A DNA stretch of 62,509 bases, counting the filler, from Sandaracinaceae bacterium (GTDB lineage Bacteria > Myxococcota_A > Polyangia > Polyangiales > JADJQN01), in NCBI GenBank assembly GCA_947483975.1. It is 9 parts of 9 records of this genome, joined end to end, with 100 filler letters (N's around TTAATTAATTAA, not from the genome) between each part and the next. Parts side by side here need not be neighbours in the genome. Positions count along the whole stretch, not along the records: positions 28,243 to 35,062 come from CANKOL010000289.1; positions 35,163 to 41,951 come from CANKOL010000290.1; 7 more parts are not named here. One strand, given 5' to 3'. A program made the position numbers and the translations under genes. The notes beneath the pieces were generated by a model. That model searched no databases. It was not told the origin of the DNA and was given only the letters and a program-made list of their open reading frames with translations. Positions within the stretch are counted from its first letter, which is position 1. The number at the start of each line of letters is the position of its first letter. Below, piece by piece: positions 32,257-42,051 of this stretch.

Positions 32257-33198
32257 CTACGGGTCTTCGTTCGCCAAGTACGTCACGGCGCAGGCGGCGT
32301 CGCTCATGAGCGCGCTCGCCGCGAGCACGGTGCCGTCGGGCGCGATCTGCGGCCAGGCGCCCGGCCCGAGCAGCTCCACCGTGCCGAGCGACACGTCGTA
32401 CTGCCAGACCTCGCTGCCCGCGGTGTTCACCTCGAAGGCGAGCGTGCGCGCGCCGGGGACCCACGCGACGTGGCTCCCGAAGGTCGGCAGCACGCCCTGA
32501 TCGCCCGCCTCGACGTCGAGGTTCGTCACCTGAAGCTCGTACTCGCCGTTGCCGCGCCAGATCGACGCGAGCCCGCTGCGCGCGGAGACGTACACGACGT
32601 CGTCCGAGTTCGGCACGGCGAGCGGCGAAGACGCGGCGGCGTCGTCTGCGATCAGCCGCACGCTCTCATCGCGCAGGTCCTGCAACACGACCTGCGTCGC
32701 CGTGCCCGGCGCCGCGACGAGCCCCATCGGCAGCGCCACTCCGTCGGCGACCGTGACGTACGCGACGCGCACGCCGTCGGCCGCGACGCTCGGGTCCGAG
32801 GCCCACGCGGCGAGCGTCGTCTCCGCACCGCTCGCCGCGCGCAGCACGAGCGCGCCGCTCGTCTTCAGCACGACCAGGCGCCCTCCGCTCGCTCGGAGCG
32901 CGAGGCGCGCGTCGGCGACCTCCACCGCGCGCGCCACGCCCCCGACGAGCTCGGAGATCGCGCAGCTCGCGCCGGAATCCGGGCAGATCGTGAGCACGTC
33001 GCGGTCCCAGCGCGAGAGCCCCTGCTGCGCGACGGTCTGACAGTAGACGGTCGCGTCGACGTGAAAGCCGTCGTACGCGGTCGGCGCGGGCGGGCCCTCG
33101 AAGCCCCCGTGCGCATCGACCACGGCAGAGTTCTTCGCGCAGGCGCTCGCGCCGCCGACCACACCGAGCATCGCCAGAACGCAGAGAGTGCGCATCAT
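32257..33198 (-). CDS. Lipoprotein with TolB-like beta-propeller repeats
   Basis: GAGGA RBS, ASAC lipobox, DPSVAADGVRVAYV, VVYVSARSG..SIW, WPQIAPDG. Confidence 0.7.
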   Translation of the reverse strand: MMRTLCVLAMLGVVGGASACAKNSAVVDAHGGFEGPPAPTAYDGFHVDATVYCQTVAQQGLSRWDRDVLTICPDSGASCAISELVGGVARAVEVADARLALRASGGRLVVLKTSGALVLRAASGAETTLAAWASDPSVAADGVRVAYVTVADGVALPMGLVAAPGTATQVVLQDLRDESVRLIADDAAASSPLAVPNSDDVVYVSARSGLASIWRGNGEYELQVTNLDVEAGDQGVLPTFGSHVAWVPGARTLAFEVNTAGSEVWQYDVSLGTVELLGPGAWPQIAPDGTVLAASALMSDAACAVTYLANEDP

Positions 33199-33242
33199 CG
33201 TCTCCTCGAGGGTCGAGCGTCGGCTGCGGTTTGCTACGGCGT

Positions 33243-34814
33243 TCATCGGCACACCCCACCCTCGCAGTACGAAGAGCCGCCGCAGTCTTGGGTCGCCGCG
33301 CAGCTCTGACCGCGCGTGCGCGCGGTGCAGCGGTTGGCGTCGCAGGTCATGTCGCCGCAGCAGTCGGCGCTCGTCGCGCAGCGGTCCCCGCCGCGCAGGC
33401 AGCACTGCGTCGCGCCCCCGGCAGACGCGGGCGAGCACGCGAGCCCTTGGCAGCAGTCCGTGCGCGAGCTGCAATCGCGCGCCGGCACGCCGCACATCGA
33501 GGTGTCGCTGCAGAAGCCCGCGAGGCACTGGATCGCGCTGTTGGTGTCGGCGCCGCAGCAGTCGCTCGTCTCGCGGCAGACGTGCCCGGTGTTCACGCAG
33601 GTGTTGCACGCGGCGTTCGCGAAGCTCGTGTCGTCGCCGCAGCCCGCGCGCGACGCGCAGGACCACGCGCCGTTCGTGCACTGATACCAGCCGCAGGTGT
33701 CCTGCCCGCAGCCCGCGTAGGCGACCTGCACGCAGCTGTTGGCGGGGACGTCGCGCCCGAGCGTCGCGCTGTGACAGCCGCGGTCCGCCGTCGGCCGCAC
33801 CTCGAGCTCGAGGTAGACGCGCGCGCCGAAGGCGTTGGTCGTCACGTCGCCGGCGGCCATGCGGAAGCGCGCCGTGTAGACGCCGGGCTCCATCGGCGCG
33901 GTCGCGTCGAAGGCGAACGAGGCGGTCCCGCCGGGCGCGATCGACGTCGACGGCGGCAGCCCGATCGAGTTCGGCCCCTCGAAGTCCGGCCCGCTCGTGC
34001 GCGCGAGGCCGTAGCGCGGGTCGGTCCAGGTCGTCGTTCCGGTGTTGCGCAGCCGCCACGTCTGCCGGACGTGCGCGCCGGGCGCGACGCGCTGCCGGGT
34101 CGGGATCGTCGCGCCGACGAAGGTCGAGCCGTCGCCGTCCATCGAGACGCGCGTCTCGGCGGCGGGGCGCTCGGGCGCCGTCGGCGCGCCGTACCAAGGG
34201 GTGCGCTGGCCAGCGCCGGCGAGGTTCAGCTCGACGTGCAGGTGATCGACGTGCGGGTTGGGGCCCGTGTACCCGCGGTACTTCGTGCCCGAGCGCGACG
34301 AGTTGTACGAGGTGCGGTCCCAGATGATGTACTGCACGCCGAGCTCGGTGGCGTGCTGGATCAGCCAGGTCCCGATCGGGTCACCCTTGTCGTTGTCGGC
34401 CTTGCCGCCGTCCGTGCGGATCATGATGTCGAGCGCGCGCCCGGTGCCGTGCACCGAGGTCTTCGACGCGTCCGCCGTGTTCTGCCGGCACGAGTAGCCG
34501 CCGATCGAGCTGATCTGCGGGTACGCCCCCTGCAGATACGTCTTCAGCTGCCGGGCGCCCGCGGTGAAGGTGCCGGTGCAGTTGCGACCGCCCTGCCAAG
34601 CCGGAGCGTCGTCGTAGCGGACGTTCCCGCCGACCGCGCCGGGGACCCAACTCCCCGGCTGCGAGAGCGCGGAGGACACGCCGTTGACGGCCTCGTACGT
34701 CGCCGGATCGTCCTCTGGCCAGCCATCCTCGGCATCGGGCGCGTCGGCGGACGGCGCGAACGCGCAGCCCGAGATGAGGACGATTGACACCAGCGCGGAG
34801 AGAGACGGGCGCAT
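33243..34814 (-). CDS. Lipoprotein: M15/DD-peptidase-fold (ARB_07466-like) domain + NBR1-Ig-like domain + Cys-rich repeats
   Basis: ISGC lipobox, SVHGTGRALD and HVDHLHVE zinc motifs, QTWRLRNTGTTTW, repeated C....DCC modules. Confidence 0.8.
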   Translation of the reverse strand: MRPSLSALVSIVLISGCAFAPSADAPDAEDGWPEDDPATYEAVNGVSSALSQPGSWVPGAVGGNVRYDDAPAWQGGRNCTGTFTAGARQLKTYLQGAYPQISSIGGYSCRQNTADASKTSVHGTGRALDIMIRTDGGKADNDKGDPIGTWLIQHATELGVQYIIWDRTSYNSSRSGTKYRGYTGPNPHVDHLHVELNLAGAGQRTPWYGAPTAPERPAAETRVSMDGDGSTFVGATIPTRQRVAPGAHVRQTWRLRNTGTTTWTDPRYGLARTSGPDFEGPNSIGLPPSTSIAPGGTASFAFDATAPMEPGVYTARFRMAAGDVTTNAFGARVYLELEVRPTADRGCHSATLGRDVPANSCVQVAYAGCGQDTCGWYQCTNGAWSCASRAGCGDDTSFANAACNTCVNTGHVCRETSDCCGADTNSAIQCLAGFCSDTSMCGVPARDCSSRTDCCQGLACSPASAGGATQCCLRGGDRCATSADCCGDMTCDANRCTARTRGQSCAATQDCGGSSYCEGGVCR

Positions 34815-34826
34815 GGACGTAGCCTA

Positions 34827-34843
34827 GAGCAACGACCGTGCCT
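34827..34843 (-). promoter_or_regulatory. Probable sigma54 promoter
   Basis: AGGCACG-GTCG-TTGCT matches TGGCACG-N4-TTGC with correct spacing, immediately upstream of ATG 34814. Confidence 0.55.
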
Positions 34844-35162
34844 GGCGGGGGAGTATCTGCGCGGCTCGGGCTCGCCTGCGCGCACCGGAGCGGAGCGCGA
34901 CGCCCCGCGAACCACGCGCTCCTTCCGCGCCTCGCCCGCAACGCGGCGCGGGGCACGCAGCGCGGCTTGCCACGCTCGACAGCCCGCAGCTCGACGTGGA
35001 GCGGCGCGGGCGTGTGCGCCTCCACGCCGGGCTCGTCGGCGCGGCCGCGGGGCTCGTCGGCANNNNNNNNNNNNNNNNNNNNNNNNNNNNNNNNNNNNNN
35101 NNNNNNTTAATTAATTAANNNNNNNNNNNNNNNNNNNNNNNNNNNNNNNNNNNNNNNNNNNN

Positions 35163-35344
35163 CCGAAGCTCCACCCGGTCTTCAGCGCGATGTAGAGGTT
35201 CGAGAGCGACATCACGCCGCCGAGGAGCATCCCCGCGACGACGGCGCGCACCGTCAGCTGCCGCGTGCTGTTGCCCTGATAGACCTCGCGCAGCCAGCGC
35301 GCCTCGGGGTCCGACGCGGCGAGAGTGGGAGTCTCCGCCTTCAT
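35163..35344 (-). CDS. OPT family oligopeptide transporter, N-terminal fragment
   Basis: QLTVRAVVAGMLLGGVMSLSNLYIALKTGWSF. Confidence 0.85.
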
Positions 35345-37353
35345 GGCTGCGCCCCGGCGCCCGGCACCGTCACGGCGTACACGAAGCTCCCCTGCGGGAA
35401 GCTCTTGTAGCGGTCCACGATGGCCGCCTGCGGCACGCGCGGCCCGTCGACGTAGAGCGCGGCGAGCGCCTCGGCTGCGGGGCGGTCACCCGTCGCCTTG
35501 AGGTGCATCACGCGCTCCATCAGCGCGCGGCACGCGGCGGGCACGCGCGCGAAGTCGATCGCGAACGCGCCGCGGTGCGTGCCGTCGGCGGCGAGCGCGT
35601 CGGCGTCCCAGCGGAGGGCGCCGTCGTCGAGCAGCGCGCCAATCTGAATGGCCGCGAGCTGGCTGTACGCCTTACGCTGCCCGCCCGGCTCGTACATCCC
35701 GCGCGAGATGTGCCCGAACGCCCAGACGATCGAGTCGACGTAGACGCTCCGCGCCTGCTCCTCCGTGAGCACCCCGCGCGTGCGCAGGAAGTCCACGAAG
35801 AAGAGCGCCGCCGACTGCGCCTTCAGCTCCTCGAGCATCGACGCCAGCTGCCCGCCGAACGACTCCGAGTCGGTGTGCCCGTTCGCGCGATAGTCGTGCG
35901 ACGGGCCGAGGTTGTGGCTCGCCTCGTGGAGGATCGTCGAGAGCAGCCCCGCCGTCGGCTCCTCCGTGTAGCCCTCCATCGACTGCAGCAGCGACGCCGC
36001 CTGCGCGCGCCCGCGCGCGTTGCTGTCGGCGTCGGTGTAGAGGTTGCTCATCGCGACGGTGCGCCCGCGCCCATCGTCCGACACGGGCCCCCAATTCGGC
36101 AGGCTCTGCCCGATGGTCGCGCCGAACGAGTCGCGGTCATCGCCCGCGTTGACCGTGATGTCGATGAAGTCGGGCAGCTGAAAGCGCACCTCGCGCGCCG
36201 TGTACGCGCCCGGCACGAGCGCCGCGAGCGCGCCCTCCATGTCCGCGCGCAGCGGGGAGAGGCGGTCCTGCCAGACGAGCGAGCCCTGGTTGATGCGCGC
36301 GAACGTCAGGTGAAAGCCCGCCTTTTGCGAGCAGGGCTCCCAGTACGTCTCGTCGGGACCGACGCGCACGTACCACGCCGAATTCCGGACGCTCATGCGC
36401 GACCAAGCCTCGTCGGCGGGGACCCAGTCGTTCGTCTCGAAGCTCGTCGCCGCCGCGCGCAGGTAGGTGACGAGCGCGGTCTCCGCGGGGTCGGTCATCG
36501 CGTCGGCGGCGGCGCGAAGCTCTGCCGCGATCGGCCGCATGAAGTCCGCATAGGCGAGCGTGTACGGGATGGCGACGAGCGCTCCCGGCGCGGCGCCGGC
36601 GATGGGCTCCGCCTCGCGCACCGCGGTGAACGGCGTGAGCAGCGCCGTCGCGTTCGGGCGCGCCTCGAGCGCGGCGCAGAACGAGTCGTCGCCCGTCTGC
36701 AGCGACGCCGGATAGACGTCCACCGGCTGATGCGGCGCGCCCGCGATCGCCGAGCAGAGCGGGTCGCGCTCGGTCGTCGAGCCGGCGCACGCGGGGCCCC
36801 AATTGCGGCGGAAGAGGCTCGCGCTCGCGGAGTCCGTGCGGTCGACGCGCCCCTCGAGCGCCGCCATCCCGATCTGCCGCGCGTAGAGCCGATCGATCAG
36901 CCGCGCGACCTCGAGCATATGTCGCGCGAACGCCTGATGCGGCGGCGTCAGCGCCGTCAGGTCCGTCTCGACGAGCGTCGGCGCCGCGTGATCGAGCTCG
37001 CTGACGACGAGCGCGCGCCGCGGATCCGTCGGCGCCGGGCGCGCGTCCTCGACCTCGATCGCGCGCCGCGCCGCCTCGAACGCGGGCGTGAACGCGCCGC
37101 CCTCGACCCACGCCGGGCTGGTCGGATAGAAGAGCAGCGAGCGCACCTCGGCCGGATCAGGCGCGCCGTTGCCGTTCGTGTCCGTGTCCCAGAACAGCGG
37201 CAGCTCGAGGCGGAGCGCGAGCTGATTGAAGCGCGCGCGCTCGAGGTGCCCCGCGCCGGTGACGGACGAGCCGTGCTGCGCGCCTCCGCAGCCCGCCGCG
37301 AAGGCGAGGGTGAGGGCGGCGACGCGAGCAGACGAGCGTGAGAGTGCGTGCAT
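35341..37353 (-). CDS. Lipoprotein peptidase M49 (DPP III)-like
   Basis: AAGC lipobox, GPDETYWEP, GQSLPNW, HEASHNLGP and EELKA zinc-ligand motifs. Confidence 0.8.
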   Translation of the reverse strand: MHALSRSSARVAALTLAFAAGCGGAQHGSSVTGAGHLERARFNQLALRLELPLFWDTDTNGNGAPDPAEVRSLLFYPTSPAWVEGGAFTPAFEAARRAIEVEDARPAPTDPRRALVVSELDHAAPTLVETDLTALTPPHQAFARHMLEVARLIDRLYARQIGMAALEGRVDRTDSASASLFRRNWGPACAGSTTERDPLCSAIAGAPHQPVDVYPASLQTGDDSFCAALEARPNATALLTPFTAVREAEPIAGAAPGALVAIPYTLAYADFMRPIAAELRAAADAMTDPAETALVTYLRAAATSFETNDWVPADEAWSRMSVRNSAWYVRVGPDETYWEPCSQKAGFHLTFARINQGSLVWQDRLSPLRADMEGALAALVPGAYTAREVRFQLPDFIDITVNAGDDRDSFGATIGQSLPNWGPVSDDGRGRTVAMSNLYTDADSNARGRAQAASLLQSMEGYTEEPTAGLLSTILHEASHNLGPSHDYRANGHTDSESFGGQLASMLEELKAQSAALFFVDFLRTRGVLTEEQARSVYVDSIVWAFGHISRGMYEPGGQRKAYSQLAAIQIGALLDDGALRWDADALAADGTHRGAFAIDFARVPAACRALMERVMHLKATGDRPAAEALAALYVDGPRVPQAAIVDRYKSFPQGSFVYAVTVPGAGAQP

Positions 37354-37518
37354 GAGAGTCCTTCGCAGGCGCGAGCGAGCGCGCGCCTCAGAGCAGCGAG
37401 TCGGCGGGCGAGCAAGGTATCTCAGACCGACGCCGGGCGTAGCAGTCGTGTGCGATTCGCCCACGAGCGCCCGCGCAGAAGCGCTTGCAGCGAGCGCGCG
37501 ATCCCGCACGCTCAGCCG

Positions 37519-37917
37519 GTGCCTGACGAGATCAAGCCCGCAAAACCGAGTTGGCTCCAGGGACGCATCTTCGGCGCGCCCGTCGTCACGAAGAAGCAGA
37601 AGACCATCGCGATGGCGATCGCCGTCGTCGCCGACCTCCTGCAGGTCGCCGTCTTCCCCGTCTTCGTCGAGGGCGCCGCGTCCCCCTTCGCCGACGCGCT
37701 CGACCTCGCCGTCGCCGTCGCCCTCGTCGCGACCCTCGGCGCGAGCGGCCGCCTCCTCGCCGCGCTCGCCCTCGAGCTGACGCCCTTCGCCGCGCTCTTC
37801 CCGACGTGGACCGCCGTCGTCGCGAGCATCAGCACCGAGCCTGACGTCATCCAGACGACCGGCGAGTCGGTCACGTCGACGCCGACGCCGGGCAAGCTGC
37901 CGAGCGATCAGGGGTAG
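37519..37917 (+). CDS. Small hypothetical membrane protein
   Basis: AIAVVADLLQ...ELTP...FPTWT hydrophobic protein, GTG start assumed. Confidence 0.65.
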   Translation: MPDEIKPAKPSWLQGRIFGAPVVTKKQKTIAMAIAVVADLLQVAVFPVFVEGAASPFADALDLAVAVALVATLGASGRLLAALALELTPFAALFPTWTAVVASISTEPDVIQTTGESVTSTPTPGKLPSDQG

Positions 37918-37973
37918 GAGCGGGGTTAGCCATGAGCCGGCGCGTCGCGCCCGGCCGCTCGTATCGAGCTTTC

Positions 37974-37994
37974 GCCTTATTTCCTAAGGCTTTT
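37974..37994 (+). terminator. Possible intrinsic terminator between the convergent CDS and tRNA
   Basis: GCCTTA-TTTCC-TAAGGC followed by TTTT. Confidence 0.4.
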
Positions 37995-37999
37995 CGTAG

Positions 38000-38071
38000 A
38001 GGCGCCGACCGGATTCGAACCGGTGTATGACGGTTTTGCAAACCGTTGCCTAACCACTTGGCTACGGCGCC
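38000..38071 (-). tRNA. tRNA-Cys(GCA)
   Basis: GGCGCCGTAGCCAAGTGGTTAGGCAACGGTTTGCAAAACCGTCATACACCGGTTCGAATCCGGTCGGCGCCT; anticodon GCA, U73; followed by CTA, so CCA is not encoded. Confidence 0.96.
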
Positions 38072-38310
38072 GTTGCCTGGCGACTGCGTCGCCAGAAGCT
38101 GCTCGAGCGCGCTCTCGGTACCGACGAGCGAGCCGACCGTTTAGCGCGACGCTGCGCCGTTGTCGAGTCCGTAGTCGGGGTTCCCGCGTGCGAGTCGACC
38201 GGCGGCCGACGTTGACTCGGCGGGCGCCGTCCTGCACGGTCTTGCGCGAACGCGGAGAGCGCGCGGCTGCGGCATGGCAGGTACGACGCGCAGGGGGCGA
38301 AGTGAACGGA

Positions 38311-40689
38311 ATGCCTGGAGACGCGATGCTCGTAGCTCCCTTCGGCGACCACACGTTTCGGCGGCTCGCGGAGCAGGCGCTCGATGGCGTCATCGCGCAC
38401 TCCGCTGGCCGGATCGTGTGGGCGAACGAGGCTGCCGCGAAGCTCGTCGGGGCCGCCTCGGCGAGCGACTTGCTCGGGCTCTCGACGATGGACTTCGTCG
38501 CCCCGGAGAGCCGACCCATGGCGCTCGATCGTGTGCGGCAGATGCTCGCGACGGGCGAGTCCGTGCCGTTCATCGAGGAGGAGTTCCTCACCCTCGACGG
38601 GCGACGCTTGCCCGTCGAGGTCTCGGCGTCGCCCCTCGGGGACGGGGTGATCGTGGTCGCGGTGCGGGACCTGCGACCGCGTCGGGACGCAGAGCGCGAG
38701 CGTCGCACGGCGGACGCCCGAGCGCGCGCCTTCTTCGACGCGACGACGGGCGCGATCGGCATCTCGCGGGTTGGCGTGCACGTCGAGGTCAACGCCGCGT
38801 ACGCGCGGCTCTTCGGCTACGAGGATCCTGCGGAGCTCGTCGGCGTGCCGATCTTCGACGTGCTCGACCCCGCCGAGCACGCGCGCGTCGCAGCGAACGT
38901 CCGGGGGCGCTCGACCGGGGAGCCGCGCCCGACCTCCTACTCCGTGCGCGGTCGGCGGCGGGACGGCACGGGGATGCTCCTCGACGTGCAGATCTCGACG
39001 TACCTCGACGATGACGCGCTGACGACGATCGTGGTGATGCGCGACATCACCGCGCAGCGCGCCTACGAGGCGAAGCTCGCCGCGAGCGAGCTGCGCTACC
39101 GCGAGCTCGTCGCCCAGGTGCCCGTCGGCGTCTGGGAGGAGGACGCGTCGGGGGCCAAGGTGATCCTCGACGAGCTGCGCGCGCGGGGCGTGGCCGACTT
39201 CAATGCGCACTTCGCGGCGCATCCGGAGGACATCGTGCGCTGCGCCCAGGCGCTCCGTGTGCGCTCGGTGAACCCGGCGGCTTGCGAGCTCGTCGGCGCG
39301 AAGGACGAGGCGGAGCTGCTCGCCAACCTGCACAGCGTCTTCTTGTCGGAGTCGATGCCCGACTTCGCGCTCGAGCTTGCGCAGCTGATGGAGGGGCAGC
39401 GCACCGCGACGACGGAGGGCTGGAACGGCACGCTCGCGGGGGAGCGGCGCTGGGTCGCGGTGCGGGCTGCGCTCGTCGATGGGCACGAGGACGACTGGGA
39501 GCGCCTCCTCGTCACGACCACCGACATGACCGACCGGTGGAAGGCGCGCGAGGAGAAGGCAGCGCTCGAGCATCAGCGCCGGCACGGCGAGAAGCTCGAG
39601 GCGATCGGGAGGCTCGCGGGCGGCGTCGCGCACGACTTCAACAACCTGCTCGCCGCGATCCTCGGGCACGCGGAGGTCTCGCTCGAGCAGGCGCCGGTGG
39701 GCTCCTCGCTGCACGAGAGCCTCGTCGGCGTCCGCGAGGCGTCGCTGCGCGCGCGGGACCTCGTGCGACAGATCCTCACCTTCGGGCGGAAAGATCAGCC
39801 GAATCGCAGGCCCTACGACCTGTCTTCCGTCGTCACCGACGCGCTCGGGCTCGCGCGCGCCGCGATCCCGACGACGGTCGCGTTCGACGTCTCGGTCGCG
39901 CCGGGCGTCGGGACGATCCTCGCGGACCGCACGCAGGTGCACCAGATCGTGCTCAACCTCTGCGCGAACGCGCACGACGCGATCGGCGCGACGGGGCGCG
40001 TCACGGTCACGCTCGAGCGGTTGTCACCCGGGGAGGGCTCGCCCCTCGTCGAGGGGGCGGCGCAGGCGCGCCTGCGCGTGCAGGACGACGGCGTCGGGAT
40101 GGACGAGGCGACGCGCGCCCGGATCTTCGAGCCGTACATGACGACGAAGGGGCATCTCGGCGGGCACGGGCTCGGGCTCGCCGTCGTGCACGGCATCGTC
40201 GCCGGGGTCGGGGGCGCCATCGTCGTCGAGAGCGAGCCCCGGCAGGGCGCGCGCTTCGACGTCTACTTCCCGCTCGTCGCGACCGAGCCGGTGCGCCCGA
40301 TGCGGCCCGTCGTCGTCACCGGGGGAACCGAGCGCGTGCTCTTGGTCGAGGACGACGCGCTCGTGCGCACGGCGCTGCGCCGCTTGCTGCAGTCGCTCGG
40401 CTATCGGGTGACGCTCGCGTGCGACGGGGTGGAGGCGCTCACGCTGCTGCGCGCGGAGCCAAGCGCGTTCGATCTCGTCCTCTCCGATCAGACGATGCCG
40501 AACCTGTCCGGGCTCGAGCTCGCGCGCGAGGTGCTCGCCGAGCAGCCGGCGGCGCGCATCCTGTTGTGCACCGGCTTCAGCGACTCGCTCGACGAGTCGA
40601 GCGTGCTCGCGGCTGGCGTCAAGGGGTTGATCGCCAAGCCCGTCGAGAAGGCCACGCTCGCGGCGGCGCTGCGGCAAGCGCTCGCCTGA
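38311..40689 (+). CDS. Hybrid sensor histidine kinase (3 PAS + HisKA + HATPase + receiver)
   Basis: LAGGVAHDFNNLL, NLCANAHDA, DDGVGMD, GLGLAVVHGIV, VLLVEDD...DQTMP. Confidence 0.93.
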   Translation: MPGDAMLVAPFGDHTFRRLAEQALDGVIAHSAGRIVWANEAAAKLVGAASASDLLGLSTMDFVAPESRPMALDRVRQMLATGESVPFIEEEFLTLDGRRLPVEVSASPLGDGVIVVAVRDLRPRRDAERERRTADARARAFFDATTGAIGISRVGVHVEVNAAYARLFGYEDPAELVGVPIFDVLDPAEHARVAANVRGRSTGEPRPTSYSVRGRRRDGTGMLLDVQISTYLDDDALTTIVVMRDITAQRAYEAKLAASELRYRELVAQVPVGVWEEDASGAKVILDELRARGVADFNAHFAAHPEDIVRCAQALRVRSVNPAACELVGAKDEAELLANLHSVFLSESMPDFALELAQLMEGQRTATTEGWNGTLAGERRWVAVRAALVDGHEDDWERLLVTTTDMTDRWKAREEKAALEHQRRHGEKLEAIGRLAGGVAHDFNNLLAAILGHAEVSLEQAPVGSSLHESLVGVREASLRARDLVRQILTFGRKDQPNRRPYDLSSVVTDALGLARAAIPTTVAFDVSVAPGVGTILADRTQVHQIVLNLCANAHDAIGATGRVTVTLERLSPGEGSPLVEGAAQARLRVQDDGVGMDEATRARIFEPYMTTKGHLGGHGLGLAVVHGIVAGVGGAIVVESEPRQGARFDVYFPLVATEPVRPMRPVVVTGGTERVLLVEDDALVRTALRRLLQSLGYRVTLACDGVEALTLLRAEPSAFDLVLSDQTMPNLSGLELAREVLAEQPAARILLCTGFSDSLDESSVLAAGVKGLIAKPVEKATLAAALRQALA

Positions 40690-40746
40690 GCGGCGCCTCG
40701 ACGAAGGGCTTTGACGTGGGTTGTTTTCGCGCAATCATGCGCCGCC

Positions 40747-41616
40747 ATGACGAGCACTCAGCAGCAAATCGAGGTGTCCTACGACGTCTCGAACGAGTTC
40801 TTCCGGCTCTGGCTGGACGAGGGAATGCACTACACGTCGGCGAGCTACCTGACGGGCGACGAGACGCTCGAGCAGGCGCAGCTACAGAAGTGCAAGATCC
40901 TCCACGACTACGCCGAGATGACGCCGGACAAGGCGGTGATGGACATCGGCTGCGGCTGGGGCTCGAACCTCGCGTACCTCGCGTCGCAGGGCGTGAAGAA
41001 CGCGCACGGCATCACGCTCTCGACCGAGCAGCACACCGAGATCATGCAGCGGAAGCTGCCCGGCGTGAACGCGATCGTCTGCGACTACAAGGACTTCACG
41101 CCGTCGATGCTCGGGATCGAGAAGTACGACGCGCTCATCTCCATCGAGATGATCGACCATCTCTGTTCGCCCGAGCAGGCGAACAAGGGCATGGCCATCG
41201 ACATCTACCGCGAGTACTTCCGTAAGGTCGCTGGCTGGGTGAAGCCGGGCAGTCACTTCGGCTTTCAGGCGATCCTGCGAGACCGCGTGCCGCGCAACCG
41301 CGCCGACATCCTCGACCTCAAGTTCACCGCCGACGTCATCTTCCCCGGCGGGCTCAACCCGCGGCTGGAAGAGCTGATCGTCGCCGTGCGCCCGTACTGG
41401 GAGGTCGTCGAGATGCGCACGCAGCGCACCTGCTACGGCAAGACGACGGGCGAGTGGCTGCGCCGCCTGCGCGCGAACGAGGCGGAGATCCGCAAGACGT
41501 ACGGCGACGCCGTCTTCGACGACTACGACCGCTACCTGCGTACCTGCGTGAAGGCGTTCGACTCGGAGTGGTCGAGCGACGTGCAGATGAAGCTGCGCTG
41601 GTGCCGCGCGGCGTAG
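40747..41616 (+). CDS. Cyclopropane-fatty-acid synthase-like SAM methyltransferase
   Basis: YDVSNEFFRLWLD..MHYTSA, LEQAQ..K, MDIGCGWGS, ITLSTEQ, IFPGG. Confidence 0.88.
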   Translation: MTSTQQQIEVSYDVSNEFFRLWLDEGMHYTSASYLTGDETLEQAQLQKCKILHDYAEMTPDKAVMDIGCGWGSNLAYLASQGVKNAHGITLSTEQHTEIMQRKLPGVNAIVCDYKDFTPSMLGIEKYDALISIEMIDHLCSPEQANKGMAIDIYREYFRKVAGWVKPGSHFGFQAILRDRVPRNRADILDLKFTADVIFPGGLNPRLEELIVAVRPYWEVVEMRTQRTCYGKTTGEWLRRLRANEAEIRKTYGDAVFDDYDRYLRTCVKAFDSEWSSDVQMKLRWCRAA

Positions 41617-41738
41617 TCCCGCCGGGCAAGCGCGCGCCTCTGTGAAGAATCGTTAGCCGCCGAGCGCGCGAGCCGCGTGCGCCTTGTGCTCGGCGGTCGC
41701 GCGCGTACTTTCTCCGGCAGGCGGAGTGAGACGAACGA

Positions 41739-41951
41739 ATGGCCTCGCGTAGCAAATCCTTCAAGAAACGCCTGGTTTTTGCCGTCTTGGGCGTGGTCGT
41801 GCTGGTCGGGCTCGCGTACGCGGGCGTCAGCCGCGCGCTCGGGCCGCGCGTCGAGACGGTGCGCGCTCGGGAGCGCGAGGTCGTGCAGACGGTCGTCGCG
41901 AGCGGGCGGGTCGCGCCGCCGGCGCGCATCGCGCTCGGCGTGTTGGTCGCG
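41739..41951 (+). CDS. Efflux RND/ABC periplasmic adaptor subunit, N-terminal fragment
   Basis: TM anchor followed by VVQTVVASGRV. Confidence 0.65.
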
Positions 41952-42051
41952 NNNNNNNNNNNNNNNNNNNNNNNNNNNNNNNNNNNNNNNNNNNNTTAAT
42001 TAATTAANNNNNNNNNNNNNNNNNNNNNNNNNNNNNNNNNNNNNNNNNNNN

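Noticed and set aside
34844..35062. Coding fragment at the end of contig 5
   Set aside because: No frame gives a recognisable protein; too short to call
37918..38071. tRNA-Cys as a prophage or island attachment site
   Set aside because: No integrase and no duplicated tRNA 3' end on this contig
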